Assembly: GCA_011109175.1 (NCBI GenBank)
Contig: RDEW01000047.1
Location: 261,304 to 325,303, forward strand
Source of the DNA: Dicyema japonicum
Taxonomy: Eukaryota; Animalia; Dicyemida
Direction: 5' to 3'
Length of the DNA stretch: 64,000 nucleotides
Shown here: piece after piece, positions 24,864 to 38,131 of the stretch
Layout of the letters: the number at the start of each line of letters is the position of its first letter
Numbering within the stretch: the stretch's first letter is position 1
The notes under the pieces: generated by a model
Told to the model about the DNA's origin: nothing
What the model saw: the letters and a program-made list of their open reading frames with translations, nothing else
Databases searched by the model: none
Made by a program: the position numbers and the translations under genes

Positions 24864-26814
24864 GGGTAAGTGAAACATTACACCAGGGTCCTCGACATCT
24901 TTAGGTAAAAAAGTCATTTTTTTAAAATATTTTTATATAACTTTAGAATGAAAGATTTATTTTCAAAAAGAAAAAAAGAAAATGATTATAAATGTTAATA
25001 GAATACATATTCTACTAAAATTTTTTTTTTTTAAACAAAAATTTTTTTTTAACAATTAAACAAATGTCAGTTGAGGAAGCCTGCTGCGTGGATTGCGTAC
25101 GAGTTCCCTCGGAGTATGGCTATTCCAATCTTTTGTCTTGGCCATAACCCTTCTCGTTGATCCCTTTTCTTTCTGGCAAGCAATCCTCCGAGTTCTCGCA
25201 AGAACTCAGCCGTCATTGGACCAACGGCTCCCGATGATTCGGTCGCAACAGGAGTAAATCGGTAGCGATCCCCGAGGCAAGAATATTTCTTGATTTTTAG
25301 GTTCTCCGCAGTCGAAGCAGCTGCTCCAGGTGTCTGAACCGATTTAAAACTACTAAATTGAATATATTTAAGTAATATTTGTTCTTCAACAAATCTCAAT
25401 ATATTCTCAGATAAAGCGATATATTTAGTTTTTCTATGAATTTTTTCTCCATTTTGTAATCTTAAGAGTTTTATGATTATGCCTTCTTCTTTTATCAATT
25501 TCTTTACAAAATTTCTTGGCATCTTGTTTAGTGTCCCAAATGTACTTCTAAAAATGTTTTGCCAGTCTTCAATGGAGTTATTTGTCCGAGGTATGTCCTC
25601 ATATAAATTATCCAGATTATTCCAATAATTAAATGAAAATTTATTATTAATCCATTTTTTTGATTTCCGATATAATTGATCGAAAAATATTGACATAATG
25701 GATTTAGAATCGCAGGAAAATTTGATCTTGACACTATCCAATCAAAAGTGTTTTTTACAGTACGTGTAGGAATAAAGGAGAGGAATTTCAACAGTTTTAC
25801 AAATCTATCGTTAATTTTAAATCACATTTAACCTATTTATATCTTCATTATTTATGTCGTTGAAAATTCCTAATTCCAATATTTTTTTTATCAATATTTT
25901 GTCCTAGATGGAACATGCAGCAATTTACCTGTGCGTTTGGAAATGATTTTTGAGAAGAGTTTATTGCTCCTTTTTCAAAATCTGAGACAATAACTCTTGG
26001 TTCTAAATCCAAAATGAGACGTTTAATTATTTGAAGCATTGTGTCATATTCATTTTTAGTTTTTGATGTTAAAAGACAGAATATTATTGGAATTACATGG
26101 TGATTAAGTATCACCTATATTGTGAATAACTGCTTCCAAGGAAGAGGGAAGACAGAAAAAGTCCCATCAATAGACCATATTTTATGATTTTTAATTTCAG
26201 AATTAAAAAAAATAACCATATTTGTCTCAACATCTGAAAAGTTAATAATTAATACACTAATATTTTGGCGAAAACTGTGTTCAAACTGATAGAATCTATG
26301 CCTTCGAAGGTATACATTAAATTTTCCTCAATATTAAGAACTGAATCATCACTTTCGTGTGAGATATTTTATCTTGTTCTATTAATTAGTTGTTCCAGAG
26401 AAGAATGAGTCCCTATCAAAGCAATAGTAGTCAAATTTTGTCCAAGTAGAGAATTATTTAATATCTGTCTAGGACCCATATCACATAAGAGTGATTTCTG
26501 CTTTATGTCCTTCCGTATTAAGGCTCTCTGGACAAATTCACTCCTTGGAAGATGATTATGTTGCTTCAAACTCCAAACTTCATCACAGGATTGAATGGTT
26601 TATACAGATCCAGGACAAGTAAGATCTGAGCATCTCCAATATGTGCTTTGTTCTTTCCTGTATTTTAAATGATACAGATTTCCATCATGTTCTAAACTTC
26701 CATTTCTCTTTTGGCTAACGAGAAACGGCATGCAATAGTGAATCAATTAATTAATTAAATTATTCAAAAAAATCATAGGGTTTGGAGGACCTTGGTAAAA
26801 TGTTCCACTTATCC
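24864..26814 (-). mobile_element. MULE/Mutator DNA transposon (FLYWCH + MULE transposase), decayed
   Basis: Imperfect ~30-bp TIRs (gggtaagtgaaacattacaccagggtcctc / gaggaccttggtaaaatgttccacttatcc). YWRC..C..HNH, WSIDGTF, VSDFEKG, CMFHLGQ, RTNNSIE. Confidence 0.88.
25067..25340 (-). mobile_element. CRE-like RLE 3' fragment nested in the MULE
   Basis: GAAASTAENLKIKKY..FTPVATESSG..QKIGIAILRGN. Sharp GC shift relative to the MULE. Confidence 0.8.
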
Positions 26815-26899
26815 ATAGGACCCCTTAAAATCAATTTTTATAAGATTTAAAACATGAGTTTTTACTTAAATATGTCGTTTAGCTAAAATCTCGTGATGT

Positions 26900-27860
26900 T
26901 TATTGATGAACTAATCCAAAACCTGAAAAAATTAATTGGAGGCCATTTTGAATGGACATGCTTTAAAAATATAAATAGCCAATGTTCTTACCAGACGAAG
27001 GGCATATGTGTGTATAGGCCATTCAAGATCGAGGTCTCGTCTCCTCCCGAATTGTGTCCCTCAGAGATTGCCACTTATTTTTAAACTATTTACCCTGTAC
27101 TGGAAGTCCGGGCTTAATACTTCTAACATGATGATTATTGCGTGCAGAAACAAATACTGCAAAATCAGAACTTAAATCACACATAAACGACCTCGGGGTT
27201 TGGCTGTTTTCGAACCGATTTTCCATATCCACGGAAAAATCTTCATATACTAGTTTTACAACCAATCTAAGACAAAAGGATATGCAAGAAATCAGTCTTC
27301 ATGGTGACATTATTCCAATGAAAACACATCCAAGAATACTAGGAAAAACTCTGGACCCCTTACTCTCTTTCTCCCAACATATGAAGGACGTTCTGAAAAG
27401 TGGTATCAGATCAATCACTATCATCAAAACCTTTCTAAAATCCAGGACCCAGCCGTCACAGAAATTCGCTGTCGTATTATAGCACCTGTTCTTGAAACAG
27501 ACGGAGGAGTATGCCTGTTTCTCCTGGGCTTACGGAATTTCATTTTAAAACTTTTACAAGATAAATTCCCTAAGAGCAAATATGGTCACGTCAATCCTGA
27601 ATAATGGTTCCGAATTAATTACTTTCTGCGACTCGGAGTTCGATCGCTTCTACCAATCAGCAATAGAAGCCGCCGATACACGTAAATTTGGATAAAAGCC
27701 CACGCCTCTCCAAATTCTCATTAAAGAAAAACTTGATGGATTCAGAAAAGCTGTTGGTACTATAGAGGAGCTCTCGATCATGTTGAGGGCTACCGGGATC
27801 ACTTAATTAATTATTTTAACTCCTTATATGGTGTCCACTTTTTGGGATGAGATAATAATG
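26900..27860 (+). mobile_element. Vingi-like LINE 3' part
   Basis: HPRILGKTLDPLLSFSQH. The 3' region is similar to 41590-42160. Confidence 0.75.
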
Positions 27861-28134
27861 ATAATTTGGGAGCGAAAGCTATGCACACGATCAATAATCG
27901 CCATCATCCGTTGAATAGGTTGACAGGGAGTAGTTGTGGTTGTTTTAGTTTCCAGATTGAAACTGGTATCCAATTGAAGGTGAACCACCTCGAAAATGCA
28001 AATAAGAATGGTATCTTGACTAAACATGACGAATCCGGACCCATAAAATTGTACTAATAATATTTTGATTAAAAATATAAAATTATATTTTAAAAATATT
28101 TATAAATTTGAATAAATTAAATATAGAATTAACC

Positions 28135-31100
28135 ATGAATGTGGATTTTGATATTAATGAGGGAAATAATGATAAACAAGTATTTGAAGGTATGAAATTA
28201 ATATATATAATATATATTAGATTTAGCTAAAGAAAGAGAGCTTAATGAAGTCGAAAAACATATTAAATCATACATAAGTCACCTACATTCACTGACTAAT
28301 AAAATTGATGGATCGATGAATATCAGGGACCCAGACTTTAATCCATTTAAAATTGAGGTTTATGAATTATATTAGTCAGATTAACCCAATAGAAAAGATC
28401 TCGTGTGGTAATTTGATATTTACTGAAAATCAATCACTTAGAAAGGTTATTTTGGCAGCTTGTGTGTTGTGTGAAGAGGCTGATAGATTATATAGTGATG
28501 CTAATGATCGCTTCTTTATTCCTTTGCTATTGTTTGAAATAAAAGGTATTATTTTGTGGTATTTTAATATCACTTATTAATTATTTTTTTAGAATTTAGA
28601 TCATCAAACATATCTCTTGAAGTAAGAGGAGCACATATTCTTAATCTTTTACACGTTTTAATATGCATTATTACAGGATCTACGATGTTTTATTATCCAC
28701 GTTGAGAATGTATGTGTTAATATTTATTGTCAATTGAATGGACTATATTCTGATTCTATTAGGTTTTGTGCTTAATAATAACAGTAAACCAATAAAGAAA
28801 TATGATGCCACCAAAGCCCATTTTCAAGTATTATTTGAAAAATTGGGGATGTTATTGACTATTCCTATTACTTTAACAGAAATATTAAAGTCATCATCCA
28901 TTCTCAAACTTTCATTAGAAATGGTTGACAGGTAGTTACAATTACAAAAGTAGAATGATCAAAACAGATCAATCCGATGAGAAAAAACAGCTTATAAGGA
29001 GACTTAATTTGGAATTGACAACATTTTTCTTTAAACAATCACTTTTTGAAGTATATTTAATATGATAATAGAAAATAATACAATCAATATGTCAAATAGA
29101 GGGAGCCAGAATACCCCAAGTGGAGAAACATATAGAGATGACAATTATGAATATTCTTTCAATAAATCAGGAGGGTAATGCATATAGTAAATATAGCCAA
29201 CAATGGGATTAAATATGTTTGTGCTTCTGTTCTCTTTATTCTACACTCTCGTATAAGTTTTGGGATTGACAAACGGTTGTTGGTTGAATTAGTATCTTCA
29301 AATGAGAAAGTATTGGTTATTATTATCAGTTTGTGGTTGTAGAACTAGTTGGTAATGTCACGTGGTCATTGGGAACATTTTTAGAAATGTACTGTCCAAA
29401 ATATTCCCAATTTGTTGATAAAAAACTAATATCTAAAATTAAAGGATTATCAAAGGAGTGGAGAATGAAAATGTTGCCTCAATTAGACAAGTTTGTTTAA
29501 TTTATTATTAGAATTATTTATTCTCTTAATAATAAAGTAATAACATGGTCTTGTAAATTTAAATTTATCCCAAATTCATCAGTTGATCTTGATTTGATAC
29601 TACAGGTATTTTATTATTAATTTAGATTATAAAATATTTATTTACCATTCGTAATACTTTGGTGTTCTTTCTGGGATTAAAGGATAATTTACCATCACTT
29701 GCGAGATTAGTTCATTTATTAAAGGTTATTTTATTTATTATTATAGTTTGTTCAACATTTCTTTTTCACTCATAAATTATTTTTTATTAGATATATCCTA
29801 CAGTCAATAGAATTGTCACATAATAAACTTATTAAGATAATAACAGATATAAAGACTATTATTTCGGGAGTGACTACTAAATCAAATATTAGTGATGATC
29901 GTATTGATACTCTTTCTTGTATTAATTTGATTATTTCGACTCTAAATGGACCTGGTTATTATATATTTTATTATTTAGTTACCTCCAAACGAATTACTGT
30001 TATTAAACATGCAATCAGTGGATGTAAGAGATTTGTAATTTTTACTAATTAATTATAGAATATCAAAGGAGTCGATTTTGAACTTTTTGAATCAACTTTG
30101 AATAGATTGGATATATTTAGTAATATATTCTCTATGTAATAATCTATACTAATTTTTAGTTGTAGGAAATTGTGTGATTGTGGATTTCTTATTTGGTATG
30201 TTCCCCATTTTGTTGATTTGTTCTTCCTTGGAAACTCATCCTTATACTCAAATCAAGTATTACTCATTTATATTTGTAGTATACTCTTGCTGCCTTTAGA
30301 GATATTGTAAAAGTTACTTCTTTTTACCCGTCAGTCGATGAAACGGACTTTTCACTTGAACTATTATGCAGTAAATTATTTTCAATTGTTGAGAAGGTTA
30401 TAATTCTAATACATTTAGAATTCTTTAACTTTATTTTGCTCAATGGTTGAACAGGAACTTAGATTTGCCTCTTATTTGAGTCTCAGACTTGATGACTCTT
30501 TTAAGAAATCAGCAGACTGGAGGGATATTCTTAGAAATCAACAGATGATATTCCCGGATGGAGCAATGTCTTTGAAAGGTAATATATAATATTTACATTA
30601 GAACACGTGTCACATTATTTAGATAGTACATTTTATAATTTCACTACTATTGCTCTTTATGATTCACCAGTATATTTAAGAATGAGAACAATTGGATCTT
30701 TCAAATATGATTTAGAGCTTACTGGCGGGCAACTGCCGCGTCATGCTGTTAATCAGGTATTCATTAGTTTTATTTAAGGGAATTGATGTGTTGAATTTAA
30801 TAAGAGAGATTGGTGAGTTTGTGACCAGTCATTGTTATAATATTAATAACCAGGTCATTATACTAGTAATTAATAGATTTTTGTACAAAAGAGTAGTCCA
30901 AATAAGCATTTAATAACAATAGGAATAGATCAAATGTCAAATTCTATAAGAACTCACGGTAATGGAATAATAAATACTACTGTTGCTTGCTTATTTATTT
31001 TAGGTTAATTTTATTTATCAATTTATTCGTGAAAAATTATTCCTATTTTCCCAATTTTTATTTGATTCCCATATTAAATCAAGACTTTATAAAGAAATTA

Positions 31101-32039
31101 AATATTGTGATGAAAATAAAAATAATCTTAAAGTATATTAATATATAATTAATAGTATCCATTTAATAGAGCCGAAAGGTTTAACTCTGAGATTCGTCAA
31201 TTGGGTGTTGAAAATGGACAAACATATCTTGATAGATTTAGATTTCTTATATCCCACATTGGTTATATTATTTATTATTATAGGTAATGCTCTTGCCCTT
31301 GTAAGATTAATACGATCAGCAGCTATGCATATTTCTGGATATGCTGTTAAATTTGTCCCTGATCTAAATCACAAATCTTCATTTTATGATATTATTTCAG
31401 GATTGGACGAACATGTTGATGATGCTGCCAAGTATTTATTATATTAATTTTTTTATGAATTTTGATAGTGTTCTATCTGGTCTTATTGAGAGATCTTCAA
31501 GACACAATGAATATTTTAAAGTATTTAATAGTAATAATAGATTCTATGTGACGTATTTACAATTGAATTTAAATCTACTAAACATTCACATTTGGATGAC
31601 TTTTACATGATACTACCATCTCTTGTTTATATTCTTAATATTATAGACTTTAAATTATATTGAATATATCATTTGTTGTAAAGAAAAAATTAATAGAAAG
31701 GAGATTGATGATGCTATATTTTCTGATGATGGATTTGCCATTGGTTTTATTCATTATTATTTTAGGACTTGTTTTTATTTTGACTGTTTTACATCAATAT
31801 AAAAAGTTTGATTCTTTACACTGGTTTACATCAGTTTCAGATTATTATACTCAGATGATTGACTCGGAAAGTGCTTCTAGAGCGACTCGCAATGAAACTA
31901 ATCTACAAAAAGCAATGTCATTAACTTTGAAACGTCTTGATACTTTTAAAAAGGTTTTTATTTATTTATTTTCTTATAGGAATATTCTCTTCTTAATTTT
32001 TCTATGAGTAGTGCTAGAATATTCTTTACTGTTGATTGA
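28135..32039 (+). CDS. WASHC4: WASH complex subunit 4 (SWIP/KIAA1033), about 29 exons
   Basis: Manual splicing of 28 introns gives [105 protein letters not shown]. Confidence 0.95.
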
Positions 32040-32539
32040 TTTCTACACATTTTCACTAATATTTTAATTTATTAATAATAGAGTTTAGTTTTCATATATT
32101 ATTATGGGTTTTAAAAATTTATTAAAATATCAATTTGGTCTGAGACTTAAGAAATTGATTATTCCTGATTACAAACTTAAGAATAGGATTACTCCAACTG
32201 GATGAAAATAATCAAAGAAATTGTCTCCAAAGTATTATCGGTCAGATACAACAATAAATTCCGGATTCAATGTTTGAGCATTCAAAGATTCCACATATAA
32301 AATATATAAGGATTTTTTTGTCATGGACCATAATCAGTCGTTAGCAAAAATTTAAAAGGTAACACAGTTCAAAAGCTGAGGGAACTCTATCCAAATAGGA
32401 CTAAAACCAATAAATTTTTCTAATCAAACAAAGTGTTATGTAAAAATTATTCACAGTGATAATAACTCAAACAAAAACCAGAGTTTATTTTACGAATTAC
32501 TATACGAGGGAAGTGTGAGTCATGCGAAGAATGTTGTCA

Positions 32540-33500
32540 CAGTCTCTCATGGGTTTGATGGGATTCCAACAATATTTCTAAAATTTCGGAAAAACTAGTC
32601 CTTTCGAAAATCAAAGACATTCTACTGGATATTTTAAAATATTGTTGTTTGGCTAATTTTCCTAGCAAATTCAATTTCTTTTCGAATGTAGTCAGCCAGT
32701 GGCTTGTTCTTGTGTCCTTCAGTTATGAACTTCATTAGTGTCATATGGTACTTATGTTTAACGATGTTTTGTAGATGATTGTCACTGCATTTATTGATGC
32801 TGGGCCCAAGTGTTTCAACAGAATGAGAAGAATTCTGTCTAGGCCACATGAGTTTGTTTTTTTCTGATTTGATATTGCTTTGGATACATTTTTAGGAAGA
32901 AAATAAGTCAGCGGGGCCATTTTAGATGGGTTTTTCCTCATTTTCGATTGTGTGTTAATCTTTTTTTTATAAGGAATGTGACTGATTCGGACACAATGTT
33001 TCATAAATTTATTCAGATTGAGCTGGCATTGTTCTTTGTTATCTTTGTTCTTCAGACGCCTCAACATCTTCCACATGTTGGAAATTGAGGTCTGATTATT
33101 CATGGCAACAGAGATTCGCATGAGTTTCTTTCTTCGGATGTTGTTCGTGTTTTTCGTGATCAGAATGTTTAGTGCCCTAATAATAATAACATCAGAGACC
33201 ACGGTTACACAAACCAACTAATCACGTGATCCCAGAACGCTCTAGCAGGGACCTCATCTTGGTCCGAAGCTCCTCCCTCGACCCCACACAAGCACGTATC
33301 GGTCTGGACCTTCTCAGTCACGATGACGCGGTTCATTCGTATCAAGCCTTCAAGAGGCATTGGTGGCTGGAACTTTCCAGAAAACCTTATTCGATTAATT
33401 TATTTATTAACAAATTATTATTATTACCCCCAGGATCACTGGGTCAAAGAGAAAGAAATAAAAGTTCTCATCTAACTAAGTGATCCCAGACCGACAAAGG
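32540..33500 (-). mobile_element. Decayed LINE fragments
   Basis: SCGLDRI..LLKHLGP. Two LINE 3'-end motifs at about 33195 and 33425. Confidence 0.55.
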
Positions 33501-33660
33501 TGAGGACGAGTCCGACAAAGGTGAGGATTTATTAACAAAAGATTCGATTAATGACCTTTTTTGATCGATGTGTCAGTTTTTTACGATTATATTTTATGTT
33601 AAATTATTATTAAAAATAAAAAATAATTTAAATATATTTGATAACTGTTGTGTGACTTTA

Positions 33661-34943
33661 ATGTCATCAGGAGAGTCAGAATATTGTTATGAATTACTTA
33701 AACTATCAATTATTAGAATATGTGAGGCATTCGGATTTAAGAGTATTAATACAAGACCACTCCATGTGATTGCTAATATCCTCCAATCAAATTTGATTAA
33801 AATCGGGAAAAACCTTTCTGACATAAAGGAAAGTGGTTATAAATATATTTAAAGTTAGAAAGTGAATATTATTTATCTAAAATATTTGCAGGAACCACAA
33901 TTGATAATTATGATGACTTTGATTTAATACCAATCCAACCAATTGAACGAATTAATTTTCCAGCTGAATTTGAAGAACATGTTAATTATTTTCATGATAT
34001 TCAACTTGATAAATTATTAAAACAAAAAGGTACTTCATATATATTACTAGAATTAATAAAACATGAAATGGAACAAATGGTACCTCAAGATATTAATAAT
34101 ACTACTCCCATAATATCTCAATCAACAGAAATTCACAACAGACATACTGAACCATCGTCAGTTGTCACTCTTACTATTATGGAGGATGTGTTTGATCTTC
34201 CTAATACTTTTCAAGTTCCGGAATACTACAAAAATACAGCAATCGAAGTAAAGAAGGACTCATCTGATGAAGACATAGTCCATAATGAGATTCAACCTTA
34301 TTTGCCAACAAAATTGACAAGCTCCTCTCCTATAAAGTCTAATAAGAAACCAATTGATGATGTTGATAAGTCTCCTCTAGTAACTCCAACGAAGGTGAAA
34401 TTAGTGGATTCCAAATGTGGAGAATCAAAGTAAATAATGTATTAATGGAAGATCAAAGAAAAGATTAGGTGTAATGAAAGGACCTCCATGTGAAGTAAGG
34501 ATAAAAGTAAGTGATTTGGAGAAATCAATAAGAAAAGTAGTAATAAATATATTTAAGGTTAAACAAATTCGAGTGAAATGTGGATCAGAGAGTATTGTAT
34601 GTACATTAAATGGTAATAAAGTAATAAAGCAAAGTCCATTATTGGTAAAACTACCAGCGTATAATAGTATTACATATTTAGTCAACTTTTGAATCAAGAT
34701 GTTAGAAAACCATTAGAGGTTGATAAAGTGTTTAGTGACTCTGATGAAAAGTCAGGAATATGTCCAAAATGTAAGAATAGTGATATTCCATCTGAAATGA
34801 TCTGTTGTGATAGTTGTTATGATTGGTATCATTGGAAATGTGTTGGAATTACTACTGAACCTGACGCTAATCTTAACTATTACTGTCACAAATGTTCTAC
34901 CACTGTGGCTGGTACTTTTCATGAATTTGGACTTCTTTTATAA
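33661..34943 (+). CDS. TAF3: TFIID subunit TAF3-like (N-terminal histone fold + C-terminal PHD finger)
   Basis: YCYELLKLSIIRICEAFGFKSI..LHVIANIL N-terminus and CPKC..MICCDSCYDWYHWKCVGI..YYCHKC. 4-5 introns of 21-23 nt. Confidence 0.85.
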
Positions 34944-34999
34944 TATTTTTTTAAATTATTACATTCATTTTATCCTCACTCGACATTACTAGTAAACAA

Positions 35000-35670
35000 T
35001 TATCTATTAAGAGTTGTCTTGGAGTGCAATTCATCCACGACTGATATTATGGGATTCGTTTTTTTCTCCTCGATGCTTCCTCAACACCTGGACAATCTTA
35101 ATTGTTAGAATATTCCACGTTCGCCTTTTGAAGGCCATTTTTCGAGGGACATCTAGGTCGTCTGAATTTTCGAGTTTTTTCTTTACAACCCCAAAATCTT
35201 CGTGAATTGCAATAGGGAAAGAATAGCGAGGACGTCACGGTATCCACAACTACCCTGGAAGTAAGCTTCCATTATTTGCTGGAACTGTTTTGTCTATTTT
35301 TAGGAAATGTCAAATAACTTCCACCTTTATCTTTTGGCCGTTAATTCTATCGAATGCGAATATTCCGTACAGCTCTTTATTACATATCTTTTTTGGAATC
35401 ATAATTTTTTTCAGCGACCGTAGCTGATTTCTGTGGAGTTTAGCTTTTCCCAGTGTGACTGATTGACTCTCTAGTTCTTTGGGGATGGATGAAACTCTGA
35501 CTCCTACTGGGGAATATACATTTATTATAGAGATCACATAATTCGGTTTTTTTACATTAAGTTGGTATTTTTAAGATTACGTTTTAATCCTTTGTGTTAA
35601 AGTTTCCAAGGGAAAGTGTAGAGTTTACTAACGAACGTAAAGAGAAGCACGTCACCACATCAACCATCCA
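35000..35670 (-). mobile_element. Internally deleted RTE element (5' APE start joined to 3' end)
   Basis: 5' motif at 35649-35666, then LSLGT..KGLK, ISIINVYSP, followed by 3' RT/RTE-end sequence. Confidence 0.65.
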
Positions 35671-36351
35671 ATTAATGATCTGGAATATCAATTATAGAAA
35701 CACGTGACTTGTCGATATAAAAACAAGGAATTATATTGATTGAATTTAGAAAAAAAACTCATATAACCCCCATCACTGAGTTCTTCGTAAAATTATGGAA
35801 CATTTAAGATGATTATTTTAATAACTCTTGTTAGCTTAATTTCAGAGATTCACTTGGAAATATTCAAGCCGATAGAAACTAACTTTTTTGAAGGTCATCA
35901 ACTTGGCTCATGAATGGGAATATCCTCCTCGATCTGAGACTATTTTCCGTTTTTTACAAACTCGTCTTTGATTCTAATTTGTTTCTTCATAAAAAAAATA
36001 TTTTAAATCTACCCTAACAATCTCATTAACTTTGTTATGGATAGAAGTATTGGAAGATGGATTCGGTCGGTACAAGCAGATGTTCTCCCTTTGGTTCCTT
36101 CCTTGGATTAGTTAGTTATGGCTGCTTGTGCTGGGCTTACAATGGTAAGCCTGGGGTTAATAATAATAATGGATAGTTCTCCTTCAGTGACTACCGTGGT
36201 GGTTCAGTCTCACTTTAACCGAGTGTACTGGCTTTCCACCAATATATTACCGGCATCAGTTCATTTTTTATTACAGAGAGGATATTCAATTGTGAACCTA
36301 TGCTATTTATTGACGATGCAGTCCATTTAGAAAATGTCAGATCATCTATAT

Positions 36352-37069
36352 CAGTGGTTCTCAAGAATTTTGACCCAGGGGCCAAATCAATAAATTATTT
36401 TATTTGTAGGGGCCGCCAATTTTTTTAAACTTAATTAATATAAAAAAGAAAGCAAAATTAAATTTATAAACTATTAATCAATTAGCTCTTTAAAAGCTGA
36501 TACAATAGAAGATGTCGAAAATACTTTGAGAACAACATTCTTCGGCAAATATTGTAATAGCCTCCTTCAAAATTTCGCCATCAGTATATGGCTTCATGTG
36601 CTTTGCAATAAAATGACTAATTTTTGTTGAAGCCATATTTGTAACTTTGGAAGAGGCACCACATTTAAAAAATGAAGATTGTTTGAAATATTGAGATTTT
36701 AACAAAACGACTTTTTGTTTTCTAGAATCGCTTTGATAACAATCATAAATTGATTCGTGCTGTTGATAATGTCTTTTGACGGAGTAGGTTTTTAACGATT
36801 TTATCGTTGATTCGTGCTGTTGATAATGTCTTTTGACGGAGTAGGTGTTTAACGATTTTATCGTTGATTCGTGCTGTTGATAATGTCTTTTGACGGAGTA
36901 GGTGTTTAACATATTAAACAATGTACTTTGCCATGTATTTTAATCATAAAGAACATTTCTTCCCATTCATATTTGAATCTTATTTTTTAAAACAATTATT
37001 AAATTTATTAATAATAATAATTTTTTAATCTGATAATAAATTTTGTCGGGGCCGCGTTGAGAACCACTG
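36352..37069 (-). mobile_element. hAT (Charlie/SPIN-like) internally deleted DNA transposon
   Basis: Perfect 13-bp TIR CAGTGGTTCTCAA, 8-bp TSD atctatat/atctattt, ORF remnant YSVKRHY..H..IAKHMKPYTDGEILKE, internal 54-bp tandem repeat (about 3 copies). Confidence 0.9.
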
Positions 37070-37321
37070 ATCTATTTCAACTCTGCGTCTAGTTTTCCAA
37101 GAATAGAACAAAACAACTGCGTTTCTTCGAGGAACTTTGGGGAAATAATTTTTTCTACAGCAATTCCAAGAGATATTTCCGAAAGGCGGTGAATAGTTGA
37201 TGAGCTACTAAAGGAGTTACTAGAGATCACTAAATTAGTTATGATGAAAATATAAAAATCGTCATATAAAGTCATGTGACCAAATATTGATTTAAATATA
37301 TAATGTATAGTTAATCCAATT

Positions 37322-37642
37322 ATGGAATGTTTGTAAATTGTCTAATCCTTAGTGAGACAAACCTTGTGTCAATTATGCAAATGCTCATTTCTATGTAATT
37401 TTTTATGGAATGTATTCTCTTCAATTTTATACAAAACTCCAATAAAAGAAGACTCAAATCAATATCAAATTGAAGAAATGATTGAAATTGACGATTTTGT
37501 GCAAGTCAATGAGAAAAACGAATGTTTATCTGATAAAATTAAAATATTGGAAGAAATCAGGAATAATATTAAACAAGACATTGCAAACATAGATTTATTA
37601 ATTTTAGAAATTAATAAACTTAAGAATAATTTAGAAAATTAA
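37322..37642 (+). CDS. Small orphan coiled-coil protein (about 98 aa)
   Basis: ATG at 37322 plus a 24-nt intron joins ORF 37352-37642. Heptad-like C-terminus and AT-rich flanks. Confidence 0.45.
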
Positions 37643-38131
37643 TAATTTTATTATTTTTAATTATTATTTATATAAAAGAATTATTTAGACTCGTCCTCTC
37701 CCTTGTTGGTCTGGGATCACTTAAAATTAATAATTTTATTATTTTTAATTATTATTTATATAAAAGAATTATTTAGACTCGTCCTCTCCCTTGTTGGTCT
37801 GGGATCACTTATTTATAACGTTTAATTCTTTCTCTTTGACCCAGTGATCCTGGGGGTAACAATAATTATTATAAAGTGACAAAAAGAGATACTTTACGGA
37901 TCTGATGCGGCTAGGAAACTGAAGGAGGAAGCTCACGTAATAATGTTACCAAACGTGGTAATATTATTAGTGTCTGTCACTGAAGTATAAAAATAATTTT
38001 ATTTAAAAATTAATAACAACGAACAAAGCAATAATTAAAGTCAATTAAAATGGTTTTAATTAAATTTTCTTTGATTAAATGCCATCAAAGAAATTTTGCA
38101 ATATAAATAGTGATGACGGTATTATTAATAA

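Noticed and set aside
28135-32039. Alternative genetic code or stop read-through to explain the fragmented ORFs
   Set aside because: All stops and frameshifts in conserved genes are removed by short introns. TAA, TAG and TGA all serve as terminal stops.
36753-36910. CRISPR-like repeat array
   Set aside because: Contiguous 54-bp tandem units without spacers, inside a hAT transposase remnant in a eukaryote.
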